Shown: positions 22,335-34,988 of the stretch, one piece after another
Numbering within the stretch: position 1 is the first letter of the stretch
Layout of the letters: each line of letters begins with the position of its first letter
Assembly: GCA_051294905.1 (NCBI GenBank)
Contig: CM119371.1
Coordinates: forward strand, 15,874,001-15,938,000
From: Botryllus schlosseri
Lineage: Eukaryota
Direction: 5' to 3'
DNA: 64,000 bases
Position numbers and translations under genes: made by a program
The notes under the pieces: generated by a model
Seen by the model: the letters and a program-made list of their open reading frames with translations, nothing else
Databases searched by the model: none
What the model was told of the DNA's origin: nothing

Positions 22335-23923
22335 ATGGCTCCAAAAATATGTTCCTTCCATCCACGATTCATGCTCGATTCCATGAATGTATTGAAAAAC
22401 AAAGAACAGGTTTGTGACATCACATTAGTTGCTGGCGAAGACGAAATCAAGGTTCATAAATTTGTGTTGATAGCCGCGTCGGAATATTTTTACGCCATGT
22501 TTTCGAGTGATACAAAAGAGTCAAAGACTGGAATTGTCTCATTCCCTGATACCCCTGGGGATGTTGTGAAACAATGCATCAACTTTATTTATACCGGGAA
22601 AGTTGATTTTACTTTGGATCACATCACTGATTTCATCAAAGCATCGGATTTCTTTTGCCTCCATGATTTGACGCATCTCTACGTTGAATTTCTTTCCGAG
22701 AATGTCACCGTGGAAAATGTAGCGGAGATGCTATCGGTGGCTCTAGTTTATCAGAAGGAACTTTTGAAAACCACCATTCAAATCTTTTTTCGGGAAAATC
22801 TAAAGGCATTTGTTGAGTCACAGGAGCTGCAGTCATTACCAAAAGATAACTTCCTTTACTTGCTGTCTCTTGTGAAAAACTGGGGTAAGAAATATGAAAT
22901 ATTGAAATGGAATGCTGTAGCGAGCTGGATCAAGTACGACATGGATAGACGAAAAGGCGTCTTTGATGATTGCTTCCAGTCAATTGATCTGACATTTCTT
23001 CCCCAGCAATTTATACGAGAAAATGTTGTTCCTGAGACGTTGGTGACTGATTCGAGGAAATGTTTGCACAAAATAGTGTGTCGTGATTATGCATTGGAAA
23101 AAAATCCGAAAGTGCCACCGGCTTGCAGTGAACAGGTGACTGGCATCATATCATGTGATAAGAAGTCTAGGACGGTGTACAGTTACAGCCTAATGGAAGA
23201 GCAATGGTCGGTAGTTATCAAACTTCCTCCGGTTATAAAAAGTGATTGCCTTGATGTTGTTGAATATACAGGAATGATATATGTCACAACCGGCAATTCC
23301 CTCTTCAGTTACGATGGATTTGAATGGAAAAAATTGTACGAGAATGATTCGAAGGAAGAATACAACAGGTGTATCAAATGTGGAAAATACATTGCGATGG
23401 TCACAAAAGGACAAGCAGTCCTATATGAAATTGGCGGTGGCAAGTCAACATCAATTAAAATCGAAAGAAATGGACTATGGAGTAGTAATACATTTGCTGT
23501 TAGGAGTCTCGGAGAATGCATTTATGTCATTGAATGTTTTAATAATAAGCTTGCTTTTAAGATCAATCTGAGAACCTTGCAATGTACCCAGATTTCATCG
23601 ATGCCAATTTCAGTCACGGAGGGATCTGCATTCGGTTATAACGGGATTGTGTACTGTATGTTATCAGTAACAATTTTATGAAAGTTGCGTTTTACAATGA
23701 TATAAGAAAGCAATGGGAAGTTATTCCAGGTCTCAGCATTGGAAAATGCTACTCGGGATGCAAAGTTCATATCACAGACAAGTTGTATATATATGGAAAG
23801 CAATTGGGAACAGAGATAGGTACTGTAGAACTGGAAAAATTCGTAGTGTCTGAAAAAGATAAGCAAGCTCCTACTACGAAAGATGTGGATATGAGTGTTT
23901 GTTGCCTGTCATTTTCGAAATGA
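22335..23923 (+). pseudogene. BTB-BACK-Kelch gene with one frameshift near the 3' end (pseudogene, truncated allele or sequence error)
   Basis: A 448-aa ORF carries the BTB motif (VCDITLVAG...VHKFVLIAASEYFYAMFSSD) and a BACK region. The overlapping frame 23678-23923 holds the family C-terminus (KLYIYGKQLGTEI...DMSVCCLSFSK). The frame change maps to ~23658-23662. Confidence 0.85.
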
Positions 23924-24389
23924 TGGGTGCTTATTTTTGACCAGTGATTTTCGGCTTGTGACATATCTGAATGTTGGAAGTGTTTCATTTGCAAATTAGG
24001 ACACTATAGTTTGAACGTGGTTGCCTCAATGAACTTGACTAATTTCCTGCAAATCAGTTTCATGATTTTTTTCAAATAGTAAGCAATATCTTTTTCCAAA
24101 CTACATCGCCGACCCTTCCGAGATGAAAATTTGTAAAAAAACATAACTCTCCCTTTCGGCATACCTGAAACACAATGTTTTGACATGACAAGGCCACAAA
24201 AATTATCACCGTAAATACTATTACCGTATATTAGAAAATGGTCGAAAAAAGAGTGGATTTACATCGCTTCTAGGAACTGAGGAAAATTCCGTGTGCATCG
24301 GTCTTTCGGAAACCTATCAATCTAACCACCTAGGTTATTAAAATCTGGAAAAAAATCCGTACAAAAACAGCTCTACTGCCTGTAACGCA

Positions 24390-26449
24390 AGTAGTAGTAC
24401 AGATCGCTCGTGACCTGCAATTGTTTCTTATGGGCCCTCTGGTGATTTGCCTCGAAATTCGTGTTCGTGATGGTACCCTTTAGCCCCCCCCCTATCGCTT
24501 GTGATGTGCCATTCTTTCTTATGAATTGTTTCTGATGAATTGCTCTTGTGCTGATCAAAATCTTAAAGTGAAACCTCGTAATGTACATTTCACACATTCG
24601 ACAGGGTGTGAACAGAGTTTAACACGGAATAAATGACGCCGCCCGGAGTCCAAAGTGGTATTTTCGTACTGTGTAATGTGCGTATGTTTCAATTCGATGT
24701 CGCAAATTCCGACAATAAAGTATTGTACCGGTTGTTAATCAGCAAACGAAATTGTTGTTTCATCTTTAGTCTTGGTTACTGGAAACAATTACATTTGTAA
24801 AATATTCTCTGATATCCGCGATACGCAGAGTAATTTGTACCAAATTGGCGAGGAGGGGCCTAGGTAAACCTCCAGCACTTAGATATCGGAATTCGGATGT
24901 CGACCTCGGTCGGACTCGAACGTGCTCCCATTGGTGTTGCAGTCGCGGACTATACCACTGTGTGAATAATCCGACAAACACGAGGTCAAAATTCTCAACA
25001 TTATTGATATTAGTGATTACCATGGTTACAGACTTTGAATAATATTATCCTGATGTCAAGGTGACAAATTACAATATTCTGATACGATTCAACTTCACTT
25101 GTACCGCGAGTGAGATTTCAAGTTGGTAAATTAACACATTGATTGAATATTATCATGATTCTTATGACGCAACTAAAGTCAACCCTACTCTAGAAGCGTG
25201 AAAACATATAGCGACTGTGTGAAAAATCGTAAACGGAGTTGAAAGTTGGTCAAGTCAAGTAATATTTAGTTTCAAAAAGAATAAACTCCTAAAAAGATTA
25301 GAGTTATACCGACAAGTGATAATTTTTTGGTATTCAAGTCGTCGCCGGTGCGGTTCTGTTATTCGTTACCCTCGTGAGCGCTCGTAGGATTTTACAATTA
25401 TTTTACACCTATTTGAGTATGCGGTAACCTCACAAAGGATTAGGGTTAGGACGGAAATAAGTGACAATTTGTTGGTATTCAAGTTCCCGCCGGTGGCGGT
25501 TCTGTTATTCGTTACTTATTATACTTATTATTTTTCCAGTGAAAGCGGATTCTGTGACAACTAAATACCTAAATATTACCTTGTGAGTGATCGGTATGGC
25601 TATGACACCAAGTATTGAAAGATGACTATGTATGAGGTGTTATCTTGTGAGAGAGTGATCGTAGGATTTTACAAATATTTCACACCTTTTTGAAGTGTTA
25701 GTTTGTGAGCGCGGTTCTTGTCGGTTTACCAAAATATTACCATGCGATTAATTCCTAGATTTAGCAAACTATTTCACACCTTTTTGAAATGTTAGTTTGT
25801 GAGCGCGGCTATTGTTGGTATTCAAATCGCCGTCTACGCCGGCTCTGTGGTAAACTATTACCAAATATTACCTTGCAAGTGATTCCTAGATTTAGCAAAC
25901 TATTTCACACCTTTTTACTGAAAGTACGACATGCCGTCGCAGCCTATACCCGAAAGTACGAATCACCGCCGAACCCATAGGAATAACGATATATTGGTGT
26001 CACAATCACCGTAAACGTTAGGATTAACTTGAATCGTTCATATTCAGTAATTTTGAATATGCATATTAGGTAATGGTGTCACTCATTCTGTACTTGATAT
26101 TCAACACCACTTCTTCAGAGATCCCTATACCTGTAACGTTAGTACACTACCAAGAACGGCAGGTCATCAACACGACGTATACCTGAGAGGGTGGCATCAC
26201 CCACGAGATGGCAGGTCATCAGCGATAGGGACTCGAAAAGGGTGGGGTCACCAACACGAGTTTTCACGGCAGGTCACGAGCGAGCGCTATACCTGAAAGG
26301 GGTCACCAGAGGGCCCATAAGAAACAATGGCACATCACGAGCGATAGGGGGGTCTAAAGGGTACCATCACCAACACACGAGTTTCGAGGCACATCACCAA
26401 ATGGCCCATAAGAAACAATTGCAGGTCACAAGCGATCTATACTACTACC
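24390..26449. mobile_element. 2-kb DNA element with ~150-bp TIRs, superfamily unresolved
   Basis: 24390-24525 is the reverse complement of 26312-26449 (GTAGTAGTACAGATCGCTCGTGACCTGCAATTGTTTCTTATGGGCC). AACGCA flanks both ends. Confidence 0.8.
24846..24965 (-). mobile_element. tRNA-derived SINE fragment
   Basis: The minus strand reads CACAGTGGTATAG...GTTCGAGTCC (B box), then GGAGGTTTACCTAGGCCCCTCCTCGCCA (shared domain). Confidence 0.7.
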
Positions 26450-26789
26450 AACGCAGCGCATAGGTCTGTGTGTGTCTTACATTCCCCGTATGACGTTCTG
26501 CTGTACGCTGCTAGATATCCTTCCTCAAATGACCGGGCTCAAAGTAAGTGAATCGTCGGCTTAACTCAACATATCACGATGCCTGTCTCGTAGAAGTACA
26601 TGCAGATTCTGTTGTTTACCGTCCTCATGATGTAGTGTTTTTTGAACTCAATGCAAATTTGAATGTGCATGTGTAATTGTGCATATTATTTTTGAACAAT
26701 GCATATATATATATATTTGACACCTGTAACACATCTTATCTATGTTTCTCATGGCAACCAAAGATATGCCTATTATGACAAGTCCTATC

Positions 26790-27826
26790 AGGGAAGCGAG
26801 TGGCGCAGTTGGTTAAGCGCCAGCGTCACGTCAACAATGGTGGTGGTTCGATTACCGATTCGGACTAATTACTATGTGTCGGAGGTTCTATGGCAGTGGT
26901 TCCCAACCTTTTTATCCTAATTCCCCACTTCCGATTTATTCCGAGCCTAATTCCCCACCTAAAATCTCTATGTCCATATCTACCCTTTAAAGTGCTACCT
27001 CCAATAAAATTCTGCGAGCCTTTGCTTACGTGCTATTGGTGATTGCTAATATCCCCGGAATTGATCAGCACACAATAAAATGCAGCGGTGAACTGGTAAC
27101 CGTAAACGCGCCACCGTAAATATATGTATCTCCCCCGGCGCGCAGCCAACAGAAAAATAGGAGGGGTTTGAAAAGTTTCCAAATATTGCGGGGTAGCATC
27201 AATTTTCATGAGTATTAAATGCCGAGTAATACATGGGTCGGTTAAACTTCCTGGTGTTTACGAACTTATGCGTGCTATATATATATATATAAGCCGTCGT
27301 TAACTACACTTTCGCACAATACTAAAAGAACTTGAAATAACATAACTATGTAATTTCATTTGTAACGAGTCCGAATGTGCTATCAATTAGCGAGTCCACG
27401 ATCTCACTTGAATACATATTCATTGTTCAGCAATATGAGCTCTATTACAACGAATCATAATTTTTCTATCACTACGTTTCGTGACCGATGATGGTGTACA
27501 AATGAATAAAACTATTCTGGAGATCGCGTGTTGCTATCCAGGCGATTCTCGCTAATTGGAGGCGCTGATAATATGAATCGCTGAATTGCAAATAAGCTAT
27601 GAAATATTCGGTCGGCATTTCAAAACGACATTTAATAAAGGAGAATATTACTGTAAAGATTTTTTCAAAAGTGAGTCTATTCCCTACCAGAAATCCCGAA
27701 ATTCCCCACCAGTGGGGAATTCCCCACCGTTTGGGAACCACTGTTCTATGGGCTCCTCATCGCCGACCTCACTGCAGTCGCAGTGACTTGAAAAGCACAG
27801 TGGGCCCAGCTATAAGTCGGCAGCAA
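26790..27826 (+). mobile_element. tRNA-derived SINE split by a MITE
   Basis: A box TGGCGCAGTTGG and B-box-like GGTTCGATTAC. After removing 26894-27743 the body reads GGAGGTTCTATGGGCTCCTCATCGCC...GTGGGCCCAGCTATAAGTCGGCAG. Confidence 0.8.
26894..27743. mobile_element. hAT (Charlie-like) MITE
   Basis: TIRs are CAGTGGTTCCCAA and TTGGGAACCACTG. Perfect TSD TTCTATGG. Same family as 56965-58321. Confidence 0.93.
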
Positions 27827-28065
27827 AAAGAGACGATGATAAAGCGCGCGTGACAGAGACCGCTTGAAGAGAGTGCCTGAGAGAGTGCAAGAACGAACAT
27901 TCAAGAGACAAAGAAATGCATATTCATTGTACTGTATAACTTGTAATGCCGTGGAGCACGAAGCCTTAAACAGGCTATAAGCACCACTGATGTGAATGAT
28001 ATTAATAATAACAAGTCCTATCAGATATTATTTTAATTTGATAGATAACAATGTTGGGAATACAT

Positions 28066-29320
28066 CAGAGGTGGTCAAATTAGTCAAGAAAGCTACTCAA
28101 GTAGAAGTAGAAGTAGCGACGAATGAAATCTACTCAAGTATGAGTAGAAGTACTTCTTCCATAAGCCACCTAAAACTACTTGAAGTAGAAGTAAAATTGA
28201 CTGACTTTAAATCTATTCAAGTAAGTAAGTAGTTTTGAAAACAGTCTTAATTCGTCTGCATGGACTGTCAAAAGCTGCAAATTGAGCTATGTGGTGCGGA
28301 GAGCTTGATTCGTTTTGATGCATCCATGGAGGTATCAATTTTCGACAGAATAAGCATTCTTTCGTATAATGGGATGCAAATTAGAGTATTGGTATAAAAA
28401 TGCCATACTAACCCTTTGTTTTCAAGAAGACCCCGTTTCAGAGAATATCATTGCATGGCGCCCTACCCCATATTATAAGTCCCCAAGTTTCGGCGAAAAT
28501 CAGTTCGGAGAAGTTGCATCGGATACGGTTTCAACACTTTGCGCGATTAGTATAAAAGTTAATAACAAGTATTGTGGATTGTAAAAGTTATATTTAGTGT
28601 GGCTTTATTTTCGGAAAATAGAGGCATTACTACTCTTGCTTTTATGCTTCAACATGTATATTCGGCAGACAAAAGAGCTGAAAGTAATTAGAACTCAAAG
28701 TATGATACTCGGAATTGAAAGTGAAATATTTATTTCATGTCTTTTGTCCATAAAGCTTCAAAGGTGATCTGCCAAAACAGGTGTAACGTTCAAAAAAGCC
28801 GGATTTTCCAGATTGGCAGGACACGTCATGGGCTGCTAGATTACGATATGATAGATAATTGCTAGTTTGCGAAACGGTATTTTCAAATGTTATGGTGGCG
28901 GTGGGCCATATTTACTGTGATGAAATATTTGATAAGGGCGACAATGCGGTGTGAGCGGAACCAAGCAATCCTGTACCTAAATTATATTCACTGATACTTT
29001 CGTGACAACATATTTGTCATTCCATAACTACTGTGTTCGAAGCGCAACAAAATTTCCGGGATTTACTTGACTTTTATGAATATTAAATGTTGGTACTCCG
29101 TGAAAACAGCCCCGAAATTCCTCAGGCTATCTTTCGTATTGGGAGATTAGATTACTTCTACTTGACAAACCGCAAATAGCGAAAAGTAAGTAAGTGGATC
29201 ACAAAATATTACGAAGTAGAAGTAGAGAAAATCAGATCTACTTGAGTAAGTACCAGAAGTAGAGGAAAACTACTTGAGTACTCCCAAAAAGTAGAAGTAC
29301 TTCGTTACTGACCATCTCTG
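28066..29320. mobile_element. hAT-type MITE with AAGTAG arrays
   Basis: TIRs are CAGAGGTGGTCA and TGACCATCTCTG. TSD GAATACAT/AAATACAT. Confidence 0.88.
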
Positions 29321-29415
29321 AAATACATACCTAAAAATTGAAGTTAGTTCCGGTACTTTGCAGTGATGAGCGAATATTGATTTCTGAGAAACCGAATCCG
29401 TTCGATAGCTTAGTC

Positions 29416-30931
29416 CAGGGGTTCTCAACTTCCCTTGCATAACGGGCCGCATTTTAACAGCAAAAGACGCTGCGGGCCGCAGAACAATATTACCATGTAT
29501 TTGTGGGCTAATATTAAATTTAGGCTACTCTAGCCTAATTACCAGCCGTATACGGTTATTTAGTACATTTTTATGCATTATAAAGTAATAATGGACAGCG
29601 TTCGTAAGTTTGCAGCTGCTGCTTGTTGTGAGAATATATAGTATAGGCCTATCTTCTAGCGGCGCAAGTAAATCTTTTCATGGAGGGTACATTGCATTCG
29701 TTGCCAAGTCGGTATATGCAACTTCGAACCCTACCACCAGAGAACCGAACTCCCTGTTTCAATGCGTGAGCGAGCAAGTATAAATTACGGTAACTTTTGC
29801 GTTACAGAGGCCATTATCACAATGAGCTCTGAGTGATATGAGAAGAAGTGGCATTCCGGGCCATTTCTGTGCAAACCAATCACCCCTTAGCATTTCCTTC
29901 CATGCCTGGAGCAGAAGCCGGCTTTGCCAAGTCGATATTTTTCGCTGGTCCCCTCCCCACGTTTGCCCAGCCAGCATTTCCTCTGCATATATTATGCCAA
30001 GTCGGTGGATTCGTCCGAGGCTGGGTTAAAGTAGTATACGCGGCAACGTGTTTCAGAACATGCGATAAAAGATCGACTGGCAATAATGTTACTCGTCTGG
30101 TCACGATTGAATCGGACGACTGTATCTTAGAAATTTGTCAGGTGATGTTGCCCTTGCCGCTAAGTTCCGGAAACAGCAAATATTCGCACATAATGTTAAG
30201 GTTTTATTGAAATCACACCTTCTATAGCACATTTCTTGGGTTTAGCCATATTCTAAGCAATTTTGAACGATACGTCTGTCACGTAGTCGGCAATCTCAAC
30301 AACTGTTCGCATCGCGTCAAACACTCTTTAAAAGTGTAGGCCTACTACATAGCGGGATTCTCTTGAATCCGATTCCAGCCTAATACCGATTCAAAACAAT
30401 AACAATCTGAAGTCGAGCATATATCAAGAAACGCCCCATTAAAGCAGTGGTTCTCAATCTCTTTTAGACACGCCCACCTTTTTGAAAGGGAAAAAATTTC
30501 GAACCCCCTAACGTCATATAACAAAATGCAACCAGAATGCTAGGAATACAAACGGCTAGTTTGATGGCATGGAAGGTTATGACTGTTGATGGGATAATTC
30601 TCAAATATGAAACCAGACTATACACGGTGAAATAACTATGAATTGGAGATAAATTGCGGGCAGCGCGAACATTTTTTTTCAGTCGACCTCATTTTCGCGC
30701 CCCCTTCAGATCCTTTCACGCCCCAAGGGGGCGCGCGCCCCAGTTTGAGAACCACTGCATTCAAGAAATCAAAAGAAACAGAGACGGTACGATAAAAGTG
30801 CTAAGAACCAAAATTAATTTGTAACAATACCGTGTCAGTAGTACTTGCGTTATAATGAAAGATGTCGCGGGCCGCAAAATAATCGTCTGTGGGCCGCATG
30901 CGGCCCGCGGGCCGTGGGTTGAGAACCCCTG
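29416..30931 (-). mobile_element. hAT Buster-like deletion derivative with transposase remnant
   Basis: TIRs are CAGGGGTTCTCAAC and GTTGAGAACCCCTG, with perfect TSD GCTTAGTC. The minus strand at ~29995-30200 gives frameshifted CEYLLFPE...ISKIQSSDSIVTRRV...ASDESTD, matching the Buster LSxxTVxRR and DESTD motifs. Confidence 0.88.
30445..30757. mobile_element. Nested hAT MITE
   Basis: TIRs are CAGTGGTTCTCAA and TTGAGAACCACTG. TSD CATTAAAG/CATTCAAG. Confidence 0.88.
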
Positions 30932-31412
30932 GCTTAGTCTCTTATGAACTATCCGTGTGAATCCGAACAATCCCAACCGAAAATCCATGCGAATCCGACT
31001 AAGGCCTAACAGAATCCGGAAAATCCGAATCGAATAACTTTTCCGAAGAATCCTAATTTTACAGCTGATCTGCGAGTAGTTGTTAATAAGGCTAAGGTTA
31101 GGGTTAGCTGATATATATTTGCTGGGACATAACAAATTTAGAGTGTTACCAGTCCTGTCAGAACGTGTTTGATGTTTGTGTTTGGTTGTCAAGCTGACGA
31201 TTTATTCTTTTGACTTGAAATCACGTCACGTCTGGTCAAAACTATCCAAAAATATCCGAAGGAGAAGTTACAACTATCCGAAAATAGCCGAAACAAAATC
31301 CGCGACAGAATACAAATCCGATCCTACTGTCTCAAAATTGTGCAAAATTCGGTCCGAACCCTATCTGAGTCTGTCCGATGATCATCACTGGTACTTTGTC
31401 GAACACCGTCAG

Positions 31413-31567
31413 AGGGAGTTGCAACCAAGTCACACGGTTCCGATTCACAAGCCAATCTCACTCTTACAGTTTTGACTCCAGTCTAATCTAGTCATTTTCA
31501 ATTCACCACCGAGTCCAAGTCAGTGAGTAGAAAGTCGAGTCCGAGTCATTGTGTTGTGACTATAGAG
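31413..31567 (-). mobile_element. Right part of the GACTCGAGTC MITE that starts at 20690, inverted
   Basis: Its reverse complement aligns with 8137-8293. Confidence 0.8.
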
Positions 31568-32067
31568 TAGGGCTACCATATTTTTGTGAAGCAAATCCCG
31601 GACACTCGTTAGCGCCCACTAGCGGATGTTAAAATGAGGTGTACCACATTGACCGTCAATATGACGTCACAATAGCAAATCATTGCCCATCGACTGTATG
31701 CACTAAACAGGAATGGAGTGGAACATAGGTCATGAATCGGGCCATCTGTAGTGTGGGTTCTGGTGATTGCTACTTGCTAGGGTCTACAATAGATTCCTCT
31801 ACGTGCCGGATGATATCATCTGGCGGGCCGTGTCTGGCCTGTAGGATTGTGTTTGAGAGCCCTGCGGTTGGTGCGGTTATCTGTTTAAGTGTTTTAATCA
31901 GGTCCGAAAGAACATTTTTCTCCCCTTCCCCCTTCCGTCCAAAAAAGTACTGATCTTGGGGCCACCATAGGATAGTCGATGTTACTTGTTGGGCACTTAC
32001 TATATGCATTTGGCTGTTAAATTTTATGTAAGAATTCTCTCAATAATATTGATTCTTCCATATATTA
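31568..32067 (+). mobile_element. Left half of a TAGGGTT(A/G)CCATA-family element
   Basis: Colinear with 8613-8955 and preceded by CTATAGAG. Confidence 0.85.
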
Positions 32068-32589
32068 GGCCAATGTAAAAAGCACCAACAGGTTGCACAT
32101 CCGGTGATTTCCAGCCTATTATGGTCGCGACCTCATTTCCCATTTGAAAATGATCCGTGGCATAGCTCAAGACTTGATAAGGGGATTACTAAAAAAATTC
32201 AGCTTGCCCAAACTTATCTAACGGCATAGGAAGCCGATTACGTCCAACATCATCGCGATCCCCAGATAATGGCGAACGACCGCAAGATTTGGAACCCCTG
32301 TCTGTGACCGATAAGCATCCAATCGACCTTAATAATTAATTAGACAGAACGTTTCTCATGACGTTGCAGCCAATTCCACTCTGGATTCAAGTATCTCACG
32401 ATAATACCGTGCTCTAACAAAAACAAAATCATTTTAATCTATTCAACCGTTTACTGCGTAGCTACGCTGTAAGTTGCTATGATTCAAGTTTCTCACTGCC
32501 ATGACAAGCCCTGTCAAGAACAAATCATTTTCATCTATTCAAGCATAACAAGCGTTCACACAGCGTAGTTACACTGCTAGTTGTTATTA

Positions 32590-34790
32590 GTCAAGTATCC
32601 AGGCATCTCGGTCCCCAATTTTCCTCCGTATGAATATAATTGGTCTGCGATATGAGCTTTGCATCCGTCAATGTATTTGATGGCGAAACCCCGAATATAT
32701 GGCCATTTCTTTGTTACATCATTGTAAAGTACTTCATCTGAACCATGACTGATGGCATACACACTACACCAGGGGTCTCCAACACGCGGCCCGCGGGCCG
32801 CATGCGGCCCGCGAGGTCCTATTTTGCGGCCCGCGACCTGATTTGAACATATTTCAGAAAAACGCTTAGTAAATCATTTTTAAACGCTGAAAATTATTTC
32901 AATTGAAACATAATGTTGTTGTTGTTCGAAGTAAGCCATTACACTGTGCCCAATATCACTATTCCTTACTAGTTGATACGGCTTCGACATGGTAATATCA
33001 TTCCATGGATGAAGAATTTGCTGGTACGAATGGGCATAATATTGCCTTGACGTGCAATGGCCCACCACTGCCAAGACTGAGACGCGTGAAAAACGACTTC
33101 GGGCTCTCCAAAAGACCATGCTTTACGAGGAGATAGTTGTTTAGCAAGTAGGCCTACCGTGTCTAGCTAATCCAAATATTGATTCTTTAATCCAATGGTG
33201 GCCAATCTGCGGTAGTAGAAGGGAAATTATGCGGCTGTCGACACTTTTGATAACAACCCTACGTTTTCTAAGATACCCCCTGCATCAGCTCTATCGGTGA
33301 ATCTGATCACATTGGCCGAGAAAGGATAAATATTTTATAGTAATATGTGAAACCATACGAATATTGACGAAATTCACTAATAAACATGAAAAATTTTTCG
33401 CGCTTCGCGCGACTACAGACCGGGGTGTCCTGTGGCTATTACAACATAACTACTAACGATTTCGGTCCGCATAGTAAGCCGATGTGCATAAATTGATTAG
33501 TTCGGAGTGTACCGGCAATGGACATGGACAGTTTAACGTGGGCATTTGGCCCCAGCTAGTTTATCACGACTATAACAACCGGTATGCGGCCGCAGGCTAC
33601 ATGAGTAATCGAAAAGCGGCCATGAAGAGCAAAAATGTGGGCCACCCCTGTTTTAGCGGCTACAGAGTGTCAGGTATCGTGTACAGCTCATAGTTCAAAA
33701 TATAACGAAATTGGAAATTGATGATCATGATACTTTTGTTGTATTTGTGTTTGTTCAATAAAATATTATTTCTTTTGTGGTGACTATAACCGTCGCCCAT
33801 GTTAGAGAGCACAGCATTGTAATAACGAAGAGTTATCAGATGTGGTTGCTGAACTGCTTTGCCTACTTTTATATCGATATTGATGTCCTGCGGCCCGCGG
33901 CATCTCGGCATTCGGAAAAGTGGCCCGCGACCCATTTTGAGTTGGCGACCCCTGCACTACACAGTCTCATTGAACCCAAATATACACACTCTTGACTTTG
34001 ACCAACACCACTTATTGGTAAGTTTAAAATCCGGAAACACTGCATGGTTCTCAAGCTTATCTCAAAAGCGATTTTCCGTGATAAGTTATGAGTACTTGCC
34101 ACCAACGACATACATACACTTCCGTTTACTCGCAACAGAAAAGTTATACCAATAAGTGTCAGTAATTCTTAATTTGATATTAATTGATGACAATTTTCCA
34201 ATGCCGATTTCGTACATGACTAGGCCTACACATTTTCCTGTAACCATCAACACATATTTCTCACATCCAATACATCTGTTATATTGTTCGCGAGAATTGT
34301 TCTCATATAACTTTGTCCATACGACCAATCGACCATACTTTCCATTGAAACTAAAGGTTGCATTCCCAGTTGTAATATAAACGATTCCTTTATACTCAAC
34401 TACATCAAGGCATGCGGTTGCAAGACCTGTAGGAAGTTGCGTAAACACAGACGGTTCCTCTTCAATCAGGCTGTACCAGTACGCTAATCCAGTTTTACTA
34501 TTGCAAATATTATTCCCGTTGACTTGTCATTGGGAACAATAGGTGCGTTGCATAGTTCCCCGCAAAAAAAAAAACAAGTATATCACATACTTTTGCCATC
34601 AACTTCTCTTATTCAGATACCAACGGTTCACTAATAACGTGATTCTTGAGAAATTGGAGAGGGAGAAAAGAAAGCTCAATTGTGACTAATAAATCCACAA
34701 ATGCATCTTTTCTTTCGCCCAACTCATCTTTGACCTAGGTAACGACGGCATGCCTTTTCAACATTTCAAATTCCTTTCCGCAGTTCGGTT
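32590..34790 (-). pseudogene. Fragmented BACK-Kelch pseudogene, paralogue of the 22335 gene
   Basis: Three minus-strand pieces match the 22335 protein in order: GKEFEMLKRHAVVT*VKDELGERKDAF...LSFLPLQFLKNHVISEPLV (~34610-34790), CLDVVEYKGIVYITTGN...KLYENNSREQYNRCI (34086-34448) and VYAISHG...CKAHIADQLYSYGGKLGTE (32590-32762). It has stops and frameshifts, and the BTB part was not found. Confidence 0.9.
32770..33954. mobile_element. hAT (Charlie-like) MITE inserted in the Kelch pseudogene
   Basis: TIRs are CAGGGGTCTCCAAC and GTTGGCGACCCCTG. Perfect TSD CACTACAC at 32762-32769 and 33955-33962. Related copies lie near 58818-59157 and 62125-63200. Confidence 0.92.
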
Positions 34791-34988
34791 TGGTTTATTA
34801 TAGGAGCGGGCAACATACAGCCCGCGACGGTATATTGAGCGGCTCGCGGACAGCTTCCAATCTTACATGATTACGTGGCCCGCGGCTCGAATCTACATGC
34901 ATTTGTGTGCAAACGTTTTGGACTATGAACGGTAACAAGAAATAGTGGCGTTTCCAATCTGACTTATGCTCGCATGCAGTCTTTACTA

